Assembly: GCA_035548435.1 (NCBI GenBank)
Contig: DASZSY010000003.1
Coordinates: forward strand, 5,311 to 69,310
DNA from: Candidatus Nanoarchaeia archaeon
Lineage (GTDB): Archaea > Nanobdellota > Nanobdellia > Pacearchaeales > GW2011-AR1
Reading direction: 5' to 3'
DNA length: 64,000 nt
The notes beneath the pieces are model-generated. The model searched no databases and was not told the origin of the DNA. It saw nothing but the letters and a program-made list of their open reading frames with translations. Below, piece by piece: positions 39,195 through 50,400 of this stretch (its first letter is position 1; each line of letters starts with the position of its first letter). A program made the translations under genes and the position numbers.

Positions 39195-40086
39195 GTAGTC
39201 TAGTTGGAGCTTCTCCATATTTATCAGGTCTAAATTGCCAATTCCAAGACTGTGTAAAGACATATTGAAACAATGAAGATAAAGTATGTTTAGGATCTCT
39301 TTTTCCTTTTTCAGCTAAATTTTTCCAAAAATTAACGCTTGCTAAACAAGAAGGCCAAAGATGACTAAGCCAGTGTTCTGAAGTAATCCTATAGTCCTGC
39401 GTTCCATCAACTTCTTTGACAAGCTTAAATTTAGATTTTGCACAATTTTCTAATTGACCTTGTTTAGGATAATAACAACCAAGATTTCCTAAAACGAAAG
39501 CATAATGCATATTATCAGAGTTCCAAGGTAATGAAAGAGGATTTTGTTGTACTACCAAAGGATCTGGAATTCTGTTATAATGTATTGCAGTTGTAACAAA
39601 TCTCTGCCCTCTCCCTAAAAATGAACTAACTCTATCAAATAAATCTACATATATTTTATCTTGTTTACCTTCAGCAGCATCCTGCGGAGTAACAAAGTGT
39701 TCTAAAGAACCATTTGCAATAACTCCATGAAAACTACCAACATGAAAAGGAGTAACATCTCTATAATCTTGTAAGAGTACAACAAGTCCCTTCTTATTGC
39801 ATCTTTTAACTTGTATTGGTGAGATTGTAAGTCCTACTCCAGATATTCTTCTTTCTTTAGCAGCCTCAAGCAAGGTTCCATTCCCGCACCCAATTTCCAA
39901 AATTCTACCTCCCTCTTGCGGAAGATGTAATTCATCTAAAATAAAATTGTGTTGATTTCTCTGTGCTTCTAAATAAGGAGTCAGTGGATTTCCATTGTAA
40001 ATTCCTTCTGTAAAATCTTCTATTCCTTGTCCAACCCACGAATCAATTAAATCATAAAAAGAAACTGCAGTTTTATTTCTACTCAT
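39169..40086 (-). CDS. Class I SAM-dependent methyltransferase (CFA-synthase-like)
   Basis: Motif I ILEIGCGNGTLLE; 305 aa. Confidence 0.55.
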   Translation of the reverse strand: MSRNKTAVSFYDLIDSWVGQGIEDFTEGIYNGNPLTPYLEAQRNQHNFILDELHLPQEGGRILEIGCGNGTLLEAAKERRISGVGLTISPIQVKRCNKKGLVVLLQDYRDVTPFHVGSFHGVIANGSLEHFVTPQDAAEGKQDKIYVDLFDRVSSFLGRGQRFVTTAIHYNRIPDPLVVQQNPLSLPWNSDNMHYAFVLGNLGCYYPKQGQLENCAKSKFKLVKEVDGTQDYRITSEHWLSHLWPSCLASVNFWKNLAEKGKRDPKHTLSSLFQYVFTQSWNWQFRPDKYGEAPTRLLRQTWEKI

Positions 40087-40136
40087 CTCTTTTTTCTAAA
40101 AATAATGTTAATAAATATGATTATACTTAATTTACT

Positions 40137-40772
40137 GTGCCTCTAGACATATTTAGAAAAGCAATAGAAAAAAAGCCAGAAAAAACAAAAATAATTGTTG
40201 ATTTCAGAGAGAAGAACTCTCTTGTTCCCTCAGAACTTGTCAACCTTGATTGTCATATTGATTTCAAGCAATTAGAAGTTGGAGATTACATTTCAGGTCA
40301 ATATATTATAGAAAGAAAAACCATGCAGGATTTGCAAGCATCCCTGATTTCCAAAAGAATATTTTCTCAAATTCAGTCTTTGAAATTGCAAAAAAATCCA
40401 ATTTTAATAATAGAAAATAAAGAAGAATGGAAATTAAATAAAAATGCATTTTATGGGCTTGTATTATTTATAGTAAAAACAAATATTCCTTTAATATTTT
40501 CAAATAATCCTAAAGAAACTGCTAAGTATATCAAATTATTTTCAACTGAAAAAAAGCAAAAAGAATTTTCCTATAGATTCAATAAAAAAGCAGGTTCAAA
40601 AGAAGATATTGCAAAATATGTTTTAGAAGGCTTCCCAGGTATAGGCAGGGCAACTTCAGAGAAATTGCTTAAAAAATTTGGAAACCTGAAAAATATATTT
40701 CTAGCTTCAGAAGAAGAGCTACAAGAAGTTTTAGGTAAAAAAGCTCTTGAATTCAAGAAAATTATAGATTAG
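40137..40772 (+). CDS. xpf: XPF/ERCC4-type nuclease with C-terminal HhH2
   Basis: GDYISGQYIIERKTMQDL (ERK nuclease motif) and EGFPGIGRATSEKLLKKFG (HhH). Confidence 0.75.
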   Translation: MPLDIFRKAIEKKPEKTKIIVDFREKNSLVPSELVNLDCHIDFKQLEVGDYISGQYIIERKTMQDLQASLISKRIFSQIQSLKLQKNPILIIENKEEWKLNKNAFYGLVLFIVKTNIPLIFSNNPKETAKYIKLFSTEKKQKEFSYRFNKKAGSKEDIAKYVLEGFPGIGRATSEKLLKKFGNLKNIFLASEEELQEVLGKKALEFKKIID

Positions 40773-41737
40773 CTAGCAACCTTATCTACATTCTTGTAAA
40801 CTATGCTTGAGATTTTAGACATTACTCTATCTGCCTCAAACTCATCTGCCCCAGTACTCATTATACATAAGATATATGGTTTTACAGGATGATATATAAT
40901 TCCACAATCGTGATAATGATTTATCCCCTCTGAATAAAGATATCCTACTTTATGTGAAACTGGAACTTCTTTCGGAACTCCAGCTGGAAGTTGAGTGTTA
41001 TAATCTGTTTCAGACATTATTGATAAAGCAAGTTCAGAGAAAGTTCTTCTTAAATATGCTGAGTAGTATAATGATCTTAAAATATTACTATACTGTTTAG
41101 GCCCTAGGTAGCTTATATGGTCTCCATCTATAGGTAGACCCATTGCAAGTCTTGCTTCAAGAATATCTTCTGTAGTTAAAAAGTTGGTTTGAAGAACTCT
41201 TAAAGCAGTATTATCAGATTCCTTAATTAAATATTCCAGCAATTCTTTTATTGTTAAAGTGTATCCTGCTCCTTTCTGAGCTAAAGTCCCAGACATAAAG
41301 TTTAGGTCATCCTGTGTTAAGGTGACTTTTTGCTCTAAACTTAATTCTCCTTTTTCAACTCTTTTAAGAATTGCAACCATTACTGGTACTTTCAATAAAC
41401 TAGCTGAAATGAATTCTTCTTTTTCATTTAGTCCAATCCATGCCCCTGTCTTCAAATCCTCAAAATATAGCCCATACTCTCCTTGCAAGTTTGAATTATT
41501 CATAAATTCAATTAAATCAGTTCTCATATCTTGGAATCCAACAGAATATTGATTTTGTACCTCAAGAAAATCCTCTGTTTCCATCCAAGCAATATCTGGA
41601 GAAATATGTGCAAACTTAGGAGTATACTTCACAGTATAATAATGAGAAATATAAAAGTTTAGCCCAATGGAAATTAAGAGTGAAACAAAGACTGCTGCAA
41701 GTAGTTTGTTATTCTTTAAAGTCTCTTTAATTTGCAT
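40769..41737 (-). CDS. Class A beta-lactamase-like serine hydrolase (membrane-anchored)
   Basis: SxxK (ASLLK), SDN (ESDNTA) and K[ST]G-like (HKVGY) motifs; N-terminal TM helix. Confidence 0.5.
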   Translation of the reverse strand: MQIKETLKNNKLLAAVFVSLLISIGLNFYISHYYTVKYTPKFAHISPDIAWMETEDFLEVQNQYSVGFQDMRTDLIEFMNNSNLQGEYGLYFEDLKTGAWIGLNEKEEFISASLLKVPVMVAILKRVEKGELSLEQKVTLTQDDLNFMSGTLAQKGAGYTLTIKELLEYLIKESDNTALRVLQTNFLTTEDILEARLAMGLPIDGDHISYLGPKQYSNILRSLYYSAYLRRTFSELALSIMSETDYNTQLPAGVPKEVPVSHKVGYLYSEGINHYHDCGIIYHPVKPYILCIMSTGADEFEADRVMSKISSIVYKNVDKVAS

Positions 41738-41773
41738 ACGTGAATATATATTTAATAGTTATAAATTATGCGT

Positions 41774-42973
41774 TCACTCAGGCACCACTGCCACGGTACT
41801 ATACTCTTTTATCTTTGCAACCTTTTTTACATCTGAAAGTTTTATTTTTCTTATTCTTTCTTCAAAATCATAATAATCCTCTGCCCTTCCAGTCATTGCT
41901 TCCGTAAACAATAGTTCATTCATTACATCTCCACTTTCCTCTGAAGACAGTCTCCTTAGTCCAATTATTCTAGTTTTAGCTTCTTCTAAGTCTTTTTCAG
42001 TCATTTTATCAACTTTTTTGAATTCATCTAAGATTATTTTCTTAACTTCTTCCACTGCCTCTTTTTTAGTACCAACATATATGTAATAATAACCATAATT
42101 CTTTTCTCTGCTAACATCTCCTCTCACACTATAAGCAAGTCCCTTCTCTTCCCTTATTTTCAAAAACAGTCTTGAAGACATTCCATTTGCAAGATACATG
42201 TTAAGAAGTTGCATTGCTTCAAATTCTTTTTCATCCAGAGGAGCATGCATTCCAAAAACAAAGTGTGCCTGATCTATTCCCTTTCTTTTTTCAACCACTG
42301 ATTTATTTTGCTTCTTTATTTCAACAGGATTAAAGTTAAATTCTTTCTTTTCAAATGCTTTTTCAAGTTTATCACACACCTTTTCAAAATCAGCATCTCC
42401 AACAACAACTGCAACATAATTGGAAGGGCAATATCTTTCTTTGTAATACTTGTAAACAAAATCTCTCTTTAAATTTGAAACGCTCTCTTTAGTACCTATG
42501 ACTAGTTCTCCAAATGGCTTAGCATATAGATTCTGCTCAAGCAAATTACTTGCATGCATTCTTGGACTGTCATGATACATTTTTATTTCTTCTAAAATAA
42601 CTTTTTTTTCTTTCTCAAACTTCTCTTCATCCATAATAGAGTTGTTTAGCATGTCAATGAGTATATCCATCCCTGAAAAAAGATGTTCACTTGGGAGCTT
42701 AAAGTGGAAACTTGTTACCTCGTGACTTGTAAAAGCATTCATTACTCCACCTTTCTTTTCTATTTCTCTAGAGATATCTTCATGATTTCTTGTTTTTGTA
42801 CCTGTGAAAAGCAAATGTTCTATAAAGTGAGCAATTCCTTTTGTTTTAGAATCCTCATAGCTTCCTCCAATCTTGTTAGCAATGCAAAAAGAAACAACTG
42901 GAAGCTCTCTTTTCTCCATTAAAACAGTCATTCCATTCTTTAGCTTCTTTCTTAAAAGTTTCATAACAATCAA
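41774..42973 (-). CDS. M16-family (pitrilysin/insulinase-like) zinc peptidase
   Basis: Inverted zincin motif HFIEHLLF (HxxEH) near the N-terminus. Confidence 0.8.
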   Translation of the reverse strand: MIVMKLLRKKLKNGMTVLMEKRELPVVSFCIANKIGGSYEDSKTKGIAHFIEHLLFTGTKTRNHEDISREIEKKGGVMNAFTSHEVTSFHFKLPSEHLFSGMDILIDMLNNSIMDEEKFEKEKKVILEEIKMYHDSPRMHASNLLEQNLYAKPFGELVIGTKESVSNLKRDFVYKYYKERYCPSNYVAVVVGDADFEKVCDKLEKAFEKKEFNFNPVEIKKQNKSVVEKRKGIDQAHFVFGMHAPLDEKEFEAMQLLNMYLANGMSSRLFLKIREEKGLAYSVRGDVSREKNYGYYYIYVGTKKEAVEEVKKIILDEFKKVDKMTEKDLEEAKTRIIGLRRLSSEESGDVMNELLFTEAMTGRAEDYYDFEERIRKIKLSDVKKVAKIKEYSTVAVVPE

Positions 42974-43011
42974 AGCGAAAAGCTATTAATAAAGATTTTC
43001 AGTGTAATTTT

Positions 43012-43920
43012 ATGCCAATAAATGCAGGATACGAATATTTTGCAGCCGAAAAGAAATATGCTGCTGCTAAAACAACAGATGAAAAGATAGCTGCGCTAGA
43101 AGAAATGATTAAGGCTGCACCAAAACATAAATCCAGTGAGAACTTCGTCGCTAATTTAAAACAAAGACTAAATAAGACGATTGAAAAAAAAGAAAAAAGC
43201 AAGAAAACAGGAAAATCCACTAAAAAAAGTATAAGAAAAGAAGGTTTTCAGTGCGTTCTGACAGGATTTACAAATTCTGGAAAATCTGCTCTTCTTTCCA
43301 AATTAACAAATGCTAAACCTCTAATTTCTCCTTATGCTTTCTCAACATACGCTCCAGAACTTGGAACAATGGATTTTACGGGAGTAAAATCTCAAGTAAT
43401 AGACATGCCTGCAATTGGAGCGGAAGCATTTGATATAGGCCTTGTAAACACTGCAGATTGCGTTCTTGTAGTTATAACCGATCTTCAAGAATTAAACAAC
43501 CTAAATCCCATTCTTCAGAAAGCAATTGGAAAAAGAATAATAGTTTACAATAAAATAGATTTGAAAAGTGATGAAGAAAGAAGAAAACTAGAAGCAACCA
43601 TAAAAAGCAAAAAAATTGATGCAGTTATAGTTTCAGCACAGACTGGAGAAGGAATTGAAGAGTTAAAAGAAAAAATATTTAGTAAAATGGGTGTGATGAG
43701 AATATATATGAAAGAACCTGGAAAAGAGCCTTCAAAAATACCTTTAGTTTTAGATATAGGATCCACAATCCAGGATGCTGCAGAATCCATTCTCAAGGGC
43801 TTCTCAAAAAGAATCAAAGAATCAAAAGTTACAGGTCCTTCCGGAAAATTCCCAAATCAGAAGGTTGGAATCTCCCACGTTCTCAAAGATAGAGATGTAA
43901 TTGAATTTCACACCAATTAG
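43012..43920 (+). CDS. OBG/DRG-family GTPase with C-terminal TGS domain
   Basis: G1 GFTNSGKSALLSKLT, G3/G4 regions, TGS-like C-terminus (KVGISHVLKDRDVIEF). Confidence 0.55.
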   Translation: MPINAGYEYFAAEKKYAAAKTTDEKIAALEEMIKAAPKHKSSENFVANLKQRLNKTIEKKEKSKKTGKSTKKSIRKEGFQCVLTGFTNSGKSALLSKLTNAKPLISPYAFSTYAPELGTMDFTGVKSQVIDMPAIGAEAFDIGLVNTADCVLVVITDLQELNNLNPILQKAIGKRIIVYNKIDLKSDEERRKLEATIKSKKIDAVIVSAQTGEGIEELKEKIFSKMGVMRIYMKEPGKEPSKIPLVLDIGSTIQDAAESILKGFSKRIKESKVTGPSGKFPNQKVGISHVLKDRDVIEFHTN

Positions 43921-43954
43921 TAATGTATAAAAAACAACATCTTCTAAAGAATAT

Positions 43955-44383
43955 ATGGCTCTAGTTACAGAAATTGAAGCAACAATTCTTTTTAGAATAG
44001 TTATTGCACTTATTCTCGGTCTAGCACTTGGAATACAAAGAGAAAGAAAGAAAACAGAAGAAAATAGCCTAGGTCTAGCAGGTCTAAGAACTCACACAAT
44101 AGTTACAATTGGTTCGGCGCTAGTATCTGCAATAGGATTTGTAGCAATATCTGAAGACCCTCTTAGACTAGCTTCTTCTATATTAACAGGTATTGGTTTT
44201 ATAGGCGCTGGAACAATTATTGCAGATAAAAATAGAGTAAAGGGTCTTGTTAACGCAGCAACAATTTGGACTGCTGCAACAATAGGAATGGCAGCAGGCC
44301 TTGGATTTTATGTTTCAGCAACAGTTGTAACTTTGATGACAATAGTCATTCTAGAGCTAAAAAGATTTGAGAAAGTAGAATAA
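43955..44383 (+). CDS. mgtC: MgtC/SapB family membrane protein
   Basis: RIVIALILGLALGIQRERKK ... GLRTHTIVTIGSAL signature. Confidence 0.7.
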   Translation: MALVTEIEATILFRIVIALILGLALGIQRERKKTEENSLGLAGLRTHTIVTIGSALVSAIGFVAISEDPLRLASSILTGIGFIGAGTIIADKNRVKGLVNAATIWTAATIGMAAGLGFYVSATVVTLMTIVILELKRFEKVE

Positions 44384-45409
44384 TTAACTATAAGCTTCCT
44401 TGTAAAGCTGCTGTATCTTTTTGTTTGACCTAACAGGTTCAATTAATGAATTTAGCTCCTTTGCAAAAGATTTCTTTAAATCCATAGGATGTAATTTCTT
44501 TGCAATAAAGTCTGCCTCAATTTCTTCATAAGTAGAATAAGACTTATTTCCTCCAAATTTCTCAGGTCTTTCAACAACAAATTTTTGTTTATTGTCTGTT
44601 TTCCAAACCATTATCATGTACTTCAAGAAAGGTAATATTCCATTCTGAGGATTTCCTTCTTCGCATGCAGCCTTATTTATTTTTGTTTGCACAGCTTCTG
44701 CAGAGTCAATCATATCTATCTTGCTTCCAGGAACACTTGAAGACATTTTCTGACCTATTAAACCAGGCAAGATATAATTCATTAATTCAACTCTTGGCTT
44801 GTACCCTAACTTTGGAAGAAATTCTCTAGCATAAACAAATATTTTTCTTTGATCAGTTCCTCCAAATTGAATATCTACCTTAAGATATTCTTCATCGAGA
44901 GCTTGCATTAAAGGATACATTATTCCCCCCAGTTTTGGATTCTCTCCAAGCTTAACAACTTCAGAAGCAGCCCTATTTGCATCATGCACAGTAGTCTGTG
45001 TAGAAAGCTTAAGTAAATCTTTGAAATATTCTCCTTTAAGCTGTATTGAGCTTCCTTCAACAAATTCAAGCTTCTTTACATCTACTCCTAGAGACTTTAA
45101 CATTTCTGGAATTAATGCCTTGTAATATGCTTGTCTTTTAGCCAAAATCTCCCAAGGAACTCCATCCAGTGCTGCATGAAGGTCTGCAAGTAATATTTTA
45201 ACTTTTAATCCTGCTTCTAAAAAGTCTCCTATCTTATATAATGGATAAAGATATGAAACATGAGGGCTTCCGGTAGGCATTGTTCCCCAGTAAACAGAAA
45301 CTTCCTTTTTATTTGAAAGTATTTCCTTAAGTTCATCTGATCCTATAACCTCTTGAAGATTTCTTGTTATAAGATTAAACTTCTCATCTGCACTTAGTTT
45401 CTTTACCAT
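44384..45409 (-). CDS. tyrS: Tyrosyl-tRNA synthetase (archaeal type)
   Basis: LLADLHAAL, KMSSS motif, degenerate HIGH region PTGSPHVSY. Confidence 0.75.
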   Translation of the reverse strand: MVKKLSADEKFNLITRNLQEVIGSDELKEILSNKKEVSVYWGTMPTGSPHVSYLYPLYKIGDFLEAGLKVKILLADLHAALDGVPWEILAKRQAYYKALIPEMLKSLGVDVKKLEFVEGSSIQLKGEYFKDLLKLSTQTTVHDANRAASEVVKLGENPKLGGIMYPLMQALDEEYLKVDIQFGGTDQRKIFVYAREFLPKLGYKPRVELMNYILPGLIGQKMSSSVPGSKIDMIDSAEAVQTKINKAACEEGNPQNGILPFLKYMIMVWKTDNKQKFVVERPEKFGGNKSYSTYEEIEADFIAKKLHPMDLKKSFAKELNSLIEPVRSNKKIQQLYKEAYS

Positions 45410-45455
45410 ACTCTAGAAGAGAAAAACATTAATTTAAAGGTTCCTATATAAAAAG

Positions 45456-45776
45456 GTGGAAAAAACTACCTTCCTCTTATTTCTCCTTCTGTCTGGTTCA
45501 TTTATTTATCTAACAGTTCAGTTAAATTCAAACCCTCTTGAAATAAATGATAATTCAATTTCATCTTTTCCAGAAAATACTTACCTAAAGCTCACAGGCA
45601 CCCCTACAAATATAAGGACATATCCAGAAGAAATAACTTTCAAAATAAACAATGTGAGCATTAGGGCAAGAACTTCTTTCTCACTTTCAAACAAATCAGC
45701 TGTTATTTTTGGTAAAGTAAATACCTATGAAAATCAAACTTATATTAGAGTAGAAAAAATAAAATATGATACTTGA
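45456..45776 (+). CDS. Hypothetical secreted/anchored protein
   Basis: N-terminal hydrophobic segment. Confidence 0.3.
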   Translation: MEKTTFLLFLLLSGSFIYLTVQLNSNPLEINDNSISSFPENTYLKLTGTPTNIRTYPEEITFKINNVSIRARTSFSLSNKSAVIFGKVNTYENQTYIRVEKIKYDT

Positions 45777-46950
45777 AATTTTTCTTTCTTTAATACTTGG
45801 ATTAGTTTGTGGAACAATTACAGGTCTACTTCCAGGTATTCACATAAACCTTGTTATTACATTTCTTCTTGGATTAACATTTACAAATTCATTAAGTCTT
45901 CCTTTAGCCATATTCATAATTGCTCTTTCTTTTACACACATCTTAATCGACTTTATTCCAACAACTCTTCTAGGCGTTCCAACAGAAGAAAACTATCTTT
46001 CAGCCCAACCAGCTCATAGATTAGTTATGCAAGGAAAAGCAAATCAAGCAATTAATGTAGCATTCCTAGGTGTTCTAATGTCTATTCCACTCATAATTGT
46101 TCTTTCTCCAATATATGCATTTGTTTTACCAAGTTTGTTTGAATTTTTACAAGAAATAATACCTTACCTTATTCTCTTAATGTCTCTTTATTTGATATTT
46201 CAAGAAGATAATATAATTTCAGGTATTCTGATATTCTTACTTTCTGGAATTTTAGGATTTTTTGCTTTTGACCTTCCCGTTAAAGAACCCCTGCTTCCTC
46301 TTCTATCTGGACTATTTGGACTTTCAGCAATATTTTCAAGTATGTTTTATAATTCAACAATTCCAAAGCAAGAAACTACAAAAACTAAAATAAAATTAAC
46401 AAGATTTCTTAGGCCTCTGTCAGCTTCTTTTTTTATTTCTCCTATTCTTTCATTTTTTCCAGGAATTGGAGCAGGACACATTTCATTATTTTCAGCACAA
46501 ATAATAAATCCTAGTTCAAAACAATTCATCTTCCTTAACAGTATTTCTTCAAGTCTCAATATGGCTCTAAGCATTATAGCTGCCTATTCTATACAAAAAA
46601 CAAGAACTGGCACTTCTGCAGCAATATTACATTTACTTTCCCCAATATCAATAAATATTTTATGCATTCTTATTTTATCAATTATAATTTCAATAATTTT
46701 TGCCTATAAATTAGGCAAACTAATTTGTATCCCTCTAATTTCTATTTACAATAAAATTTCATATGGCAAGATTTCTTTAATTACTGCAATATTTGTTATC
46801 TTAGTAAATACATTTTTCACAAACTCTTTAGGTTTAATCATCCTCGCATCTGGAACACTCATCGGACTAATATGCCAAAAAATAGGTGTAAGAAAAATAC
46901 AAATGATGGGTGCTCTTTTACTTTCAACCCTGTTGTATTATTTCTTGTGA
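45766..46950 (+). CDS. TctA/DUF112-family membrane protein
   Basis: Two internal repeats each with a GxLPGIG-like motif (GLLPGIH; FFPGIGAGH). Confidence 0.45.
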   Translation: MILEIFLSLILGLVCGTITGLLPGIHINLVITFLLGLTFTNSLSLPLAIFIIALSFTHILIDFIPTTLLGVPTEENYLSAQPAHRLVMQGKANQAINVAFLGVLMSIPLIIVLSPIYAFVLPSLFEFLQEIIPYLILLMSLYLIFQEDNIISGILIFLLSGILGFFAFDLPVKEPLLPLLSGLFGLSAIFSSMFYNSTIPKQETTKTKIKLTRFLRPLSASFFISPILSFFPGIGAGHISLFSAQIINPSSKQFIFLNSISSSLNMALSIIAAYSIQKTRTGTSAAILHLLSPISINILCILILSIIISIIFAYKLGKLICIPLISIYNKISYGKISLITAIFVILVNTFFTNSLGLIILASGTLIGLICQKIGVRKIQMMGALLLSTLLYYFL

Positions 46951-46984
46951 TAATGTTTAAATATTACTTTATCTTTTTAATAAA

Positions 46985-47461
46985 GTGAGAGAGGTGCATA
47001 AAGGAATATTTCCTGAAGTTCCACTATCAGATGGAAACTTTCATTCTAGAGCTTTAACCGTACTTGAAACAAATCCTTCCTTGTTTGGCGAAAGAAAAGA
47101 TACTTGCATAACAATAAATCGCGAGCCTGAAAGAAAAGACAGAAGTTTAACTTACCAAGAAAGTGTAGACTTAATTTTTATTTATGATAGACTTAAGAGA
47201 AGATCACAAAGATATGGAGTTGCAATTGAATTAAAAACAATTGAAAGAGGAGAATTAAGTTTAAGAGATAGAGCTAAAGCAGAAAGTCAATTATTTAATG
47301 GAATACGATATATATCCTCGAGATATGATAGTGTTGCACATACACCATATGGAATACTTGTAACAGTATCTCGTGAAGGAGTTTATGAGTGGGAAAGGAT
47401 ATATGCAGATGAGTTAAGATGGCGTTGGGAATTTAATCAAGAAATTAAAAGAAAACGTTAA
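46985..47461 (+). CDS. Hypothetical protein
   Basis: 158 aa, Arg/Glu-rich, no motif. Confidence 0.3.
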   Translation: MREVHKGIFPEVPLSDGNFHSRALTVLETNPSLFGERKDTCITINREPERKDRSLTYQESVDLIFIYDRLKRRSQRYGVAIELKTIERGELSLRDRAKAESQLFNGIRYISSRYDSVAHTPYGILVTVSREGVYEWERIYADELRWRWEFNQEIKRKR

Positions 47462-50400
47462 AACCACTTATTGAGCCCTTCCTGAGTTTCCTTATCTTTT
47501 CCAAATATACTTTCTATATATGATTGAGTTAATTCTAAACTTTCAAGAAGGTAAGGACTCACATTATAATTTCTTGCGAGTGCGAGTGCAGGTTCCATAT
47601 ACTTCAAAATACTTCCTTCAGAAATAGTAAATATTATTTTACTTCCACATGAAGTGCATTTTCCAACCAATGGGGGCCTTCTATATTTAGAGTTACAAGT
47701 AACGCATCTAAATCCTTGTTGAGAGAATTTTCTTAGGTTTCCTCTTGTATCTCTTATGAAGTGTCTTTCAATTATTAATCTTGCAGCATCGCTTGCATCA
47801 ACTGCTCTTATCTTTTTACATAAATGCATCATTCCATCTACCTTCTCCTGCATTGTTGGTAATGTTTTATAACTTGAACATAAAGCTCCTTTGTTTAAAT
47901 CAGAAGTATCGTGTGTGAAATTTAACTCTGTAAACTCTTTGTTTCCTCCAAGTCTATTCTTTACCTGTTCCATCTTAACTTCAGAAGGATGTTTTTTTTC
48001 TTTTGCCGCTGCATAAAGTTCATATGGAACTTCTTTTGTAACATCTAAGTCGAAAATCATATCATCAACTTCGTTTGCCCTTATTCTCATATTAAGAACA
48101 AGTGGCGCGTCTTGAGTTCCTCCCCTATGAGATGGAATAAACTTCCTTGAAAAATTCAAAAGTAAGTCCATAAGCATCATAACTGCTGCCTCGTCTCCGT
48201 CACAATCTCTTCTCATTGCCGCGTGAATATATGGACTTGCCAAAAGTGCTTGTATCTTTGAAAATCCAACAAGTCTTCCAACTGCCACTGCAGAAGTGTG
48301 TGGAGACATACAACCAAAAAGAGAACCTACAAGATCTTCTCTCTTTTTTGCATTGAAGTAGGTGTTTGTATTATATATTTTAACAAGTTCTTCATCTATG
48401 AATCTTCCAACGCTTAAGAAAACATCATCTGCTCTTTCATCAGGAGTTTCTGGACAGGCAGGCAATATAATATCATGTGGAAAAAGCTCAAGTATTTGAT
48501 TATCTGTTTTCAATTCTTCTCCATATATATCTTTTTCATAACCTAAAGAAACAAGTTTTGCAACTGAGGTTCCAACTTCTGCAGGTCTAAAATGAGTTAT
48601 AGGCATTTCAGTCATGTCATATCTTATAGTTCCGTCTTTGTTTACGTGAAGTCCGTGCTTTGCTCTTAGTAATCCCTTTGCAAGATGTTCACATACGTGT
48701 TCACTGTTAGAAGTTCCTTTCACTCCCTTAACAACACTTGGAACCTCATCATTTCTCATTCCAATTAATTTTCTAGCAGAATCAAAATAAGATTTTATTT
48801 CAATAGACCTTTCTGCTTCTCTTCCATAGCTATTTTCTTGCTTTTCAACTTCTTCAAGTTTACAATAATTCCCGCAAGTTTCACATTTTCTATATATGCT
48901 TTCTCTTTTACATGTATTACAGAAATAATTTGGAAAGTCTGCTCTTACTATTCCATTTTCAACTGCAGTTTGCACACTTCTCATTCTTCCACCTTCTTCT
49001 CCAACAGGGAAAAGAACGTGTGGACTTCCAATTAACTTTCTAAGCTTTGCTTTTTCAGGACGACCCATTCTTGCTCCAATAAAAGTTCCACTCTTGTCTG
49101 CAATCTTTACAGCACATAATTTAGAAATAATTTCTAGTGGCAACTTATCAGATTCTTTCTTTATTTCAAGTGAAATCCTATCAACTCCCTGATCTAAAGG
49201 CTCATGCATTGATAACCCTAAATTAAATAATAGTGCTTCAGAATATGGTTGTTTTATCAAAACATCTTCCAAAGCCACGTCATGTTCACAACCAAGCAGT
49301 TCTAAAGCTCTTTTACCCTGAGCAAATCTTTCTCTATGTAACTTAGAATATGGTAAAGCAAAAACTCCATTTCTTATTATTCCGTGTGCAATCCAGTCAA
49401 TCAAACCAAGAAGCTGCTCTGTAGAAATCTCTTTCCAAAAGAAAGAATATTTTGGATGGAGGGGAATGTCATACTTTTGAGAAATCTCAACTGCCTCAGA
49501 AAAAGAAATATTTTTATTTGCCTCTCCCCCTGCTTTTTTCAAATCCACTGCCCAATATTCTTCAACATATCCTGCTTTTTCTAAACCGTGGTTTCTATTT
49601 ATAAAATCACCAAATGGAACTAAAATATCTCCAAGGTAAACTATTTCTTTAATTCTTGGCTGAAGTTTAACAGCTTCATCATAATCATTTACAAATTTTA
49701 AACTTCCATCATCAAGAATAACTATAGGTCCATCAATAGTATCACATGAAGCCACAGTACATCCTTTGGTAGGTTTCTCAATTTTAAGTTGTGTTCCAAC
49801 TGCAATAAAACCATTTGTTATAGCCATTGTTGCTGGATGAACTGCCAGCGTAGAATATCCTGTTGTTCTACATCTTCCATATCTTAGTCTAAATCCTCCC
49901 GACTGTGAAGGGTGTGAAAATATAGGTCTCCCTCCTACAATGTCTTGAATATATGTAGCTCCCCCTCTTGAAGCATCAGACTTCTTTCCTTCTTTTATTT
50001 TCTTTTGAAGTTTTACAAATTCCTCAAGCCAAGTCCAATCAGAAAGTTTAAACCCTTGTTGTTTTAGTTTCAAAACTCTTTTCAAACATTTAGGAGCTTT
50101 CTGTGCCATTCCTTCAGCTCCAACAAGACAAAAACCAGAACGTAAGATGTTTGTTTCAATTCTTGGCAAATCCTTATAGTTGAAAACTTCTCTTTCTTCA
50201 CTAGGGTCTCCAGAAAGTTGTATAGGAAGATTTCTAAACATAAAGTCAAGTTCTTGTTCTGAAGGAAGATATTGCAAGTTTGTTATTCTTTCATGATATT
50301 CATAACATTCATGTATTCCTCTTTTAACTTCATCTTCAGTAGGATCATATTTAGCATATCCAAATAGCTCTCTTAAATAATCAACAACCACTAGAGAGAA

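Noticed and set aside
48838-49584. Short plus-strand ORFs (65-66 aa) inside polD2; similarly 51413-52022 inside polD1, 56191-57747 inside lhr, 30603-31991 inside the ATPase, 8597-8983 inside the RecJ-like gene
   Set aside because: All are antisense and nested in conserved long genes. Their low-complexity composition is typical of AT-rich genome noise.
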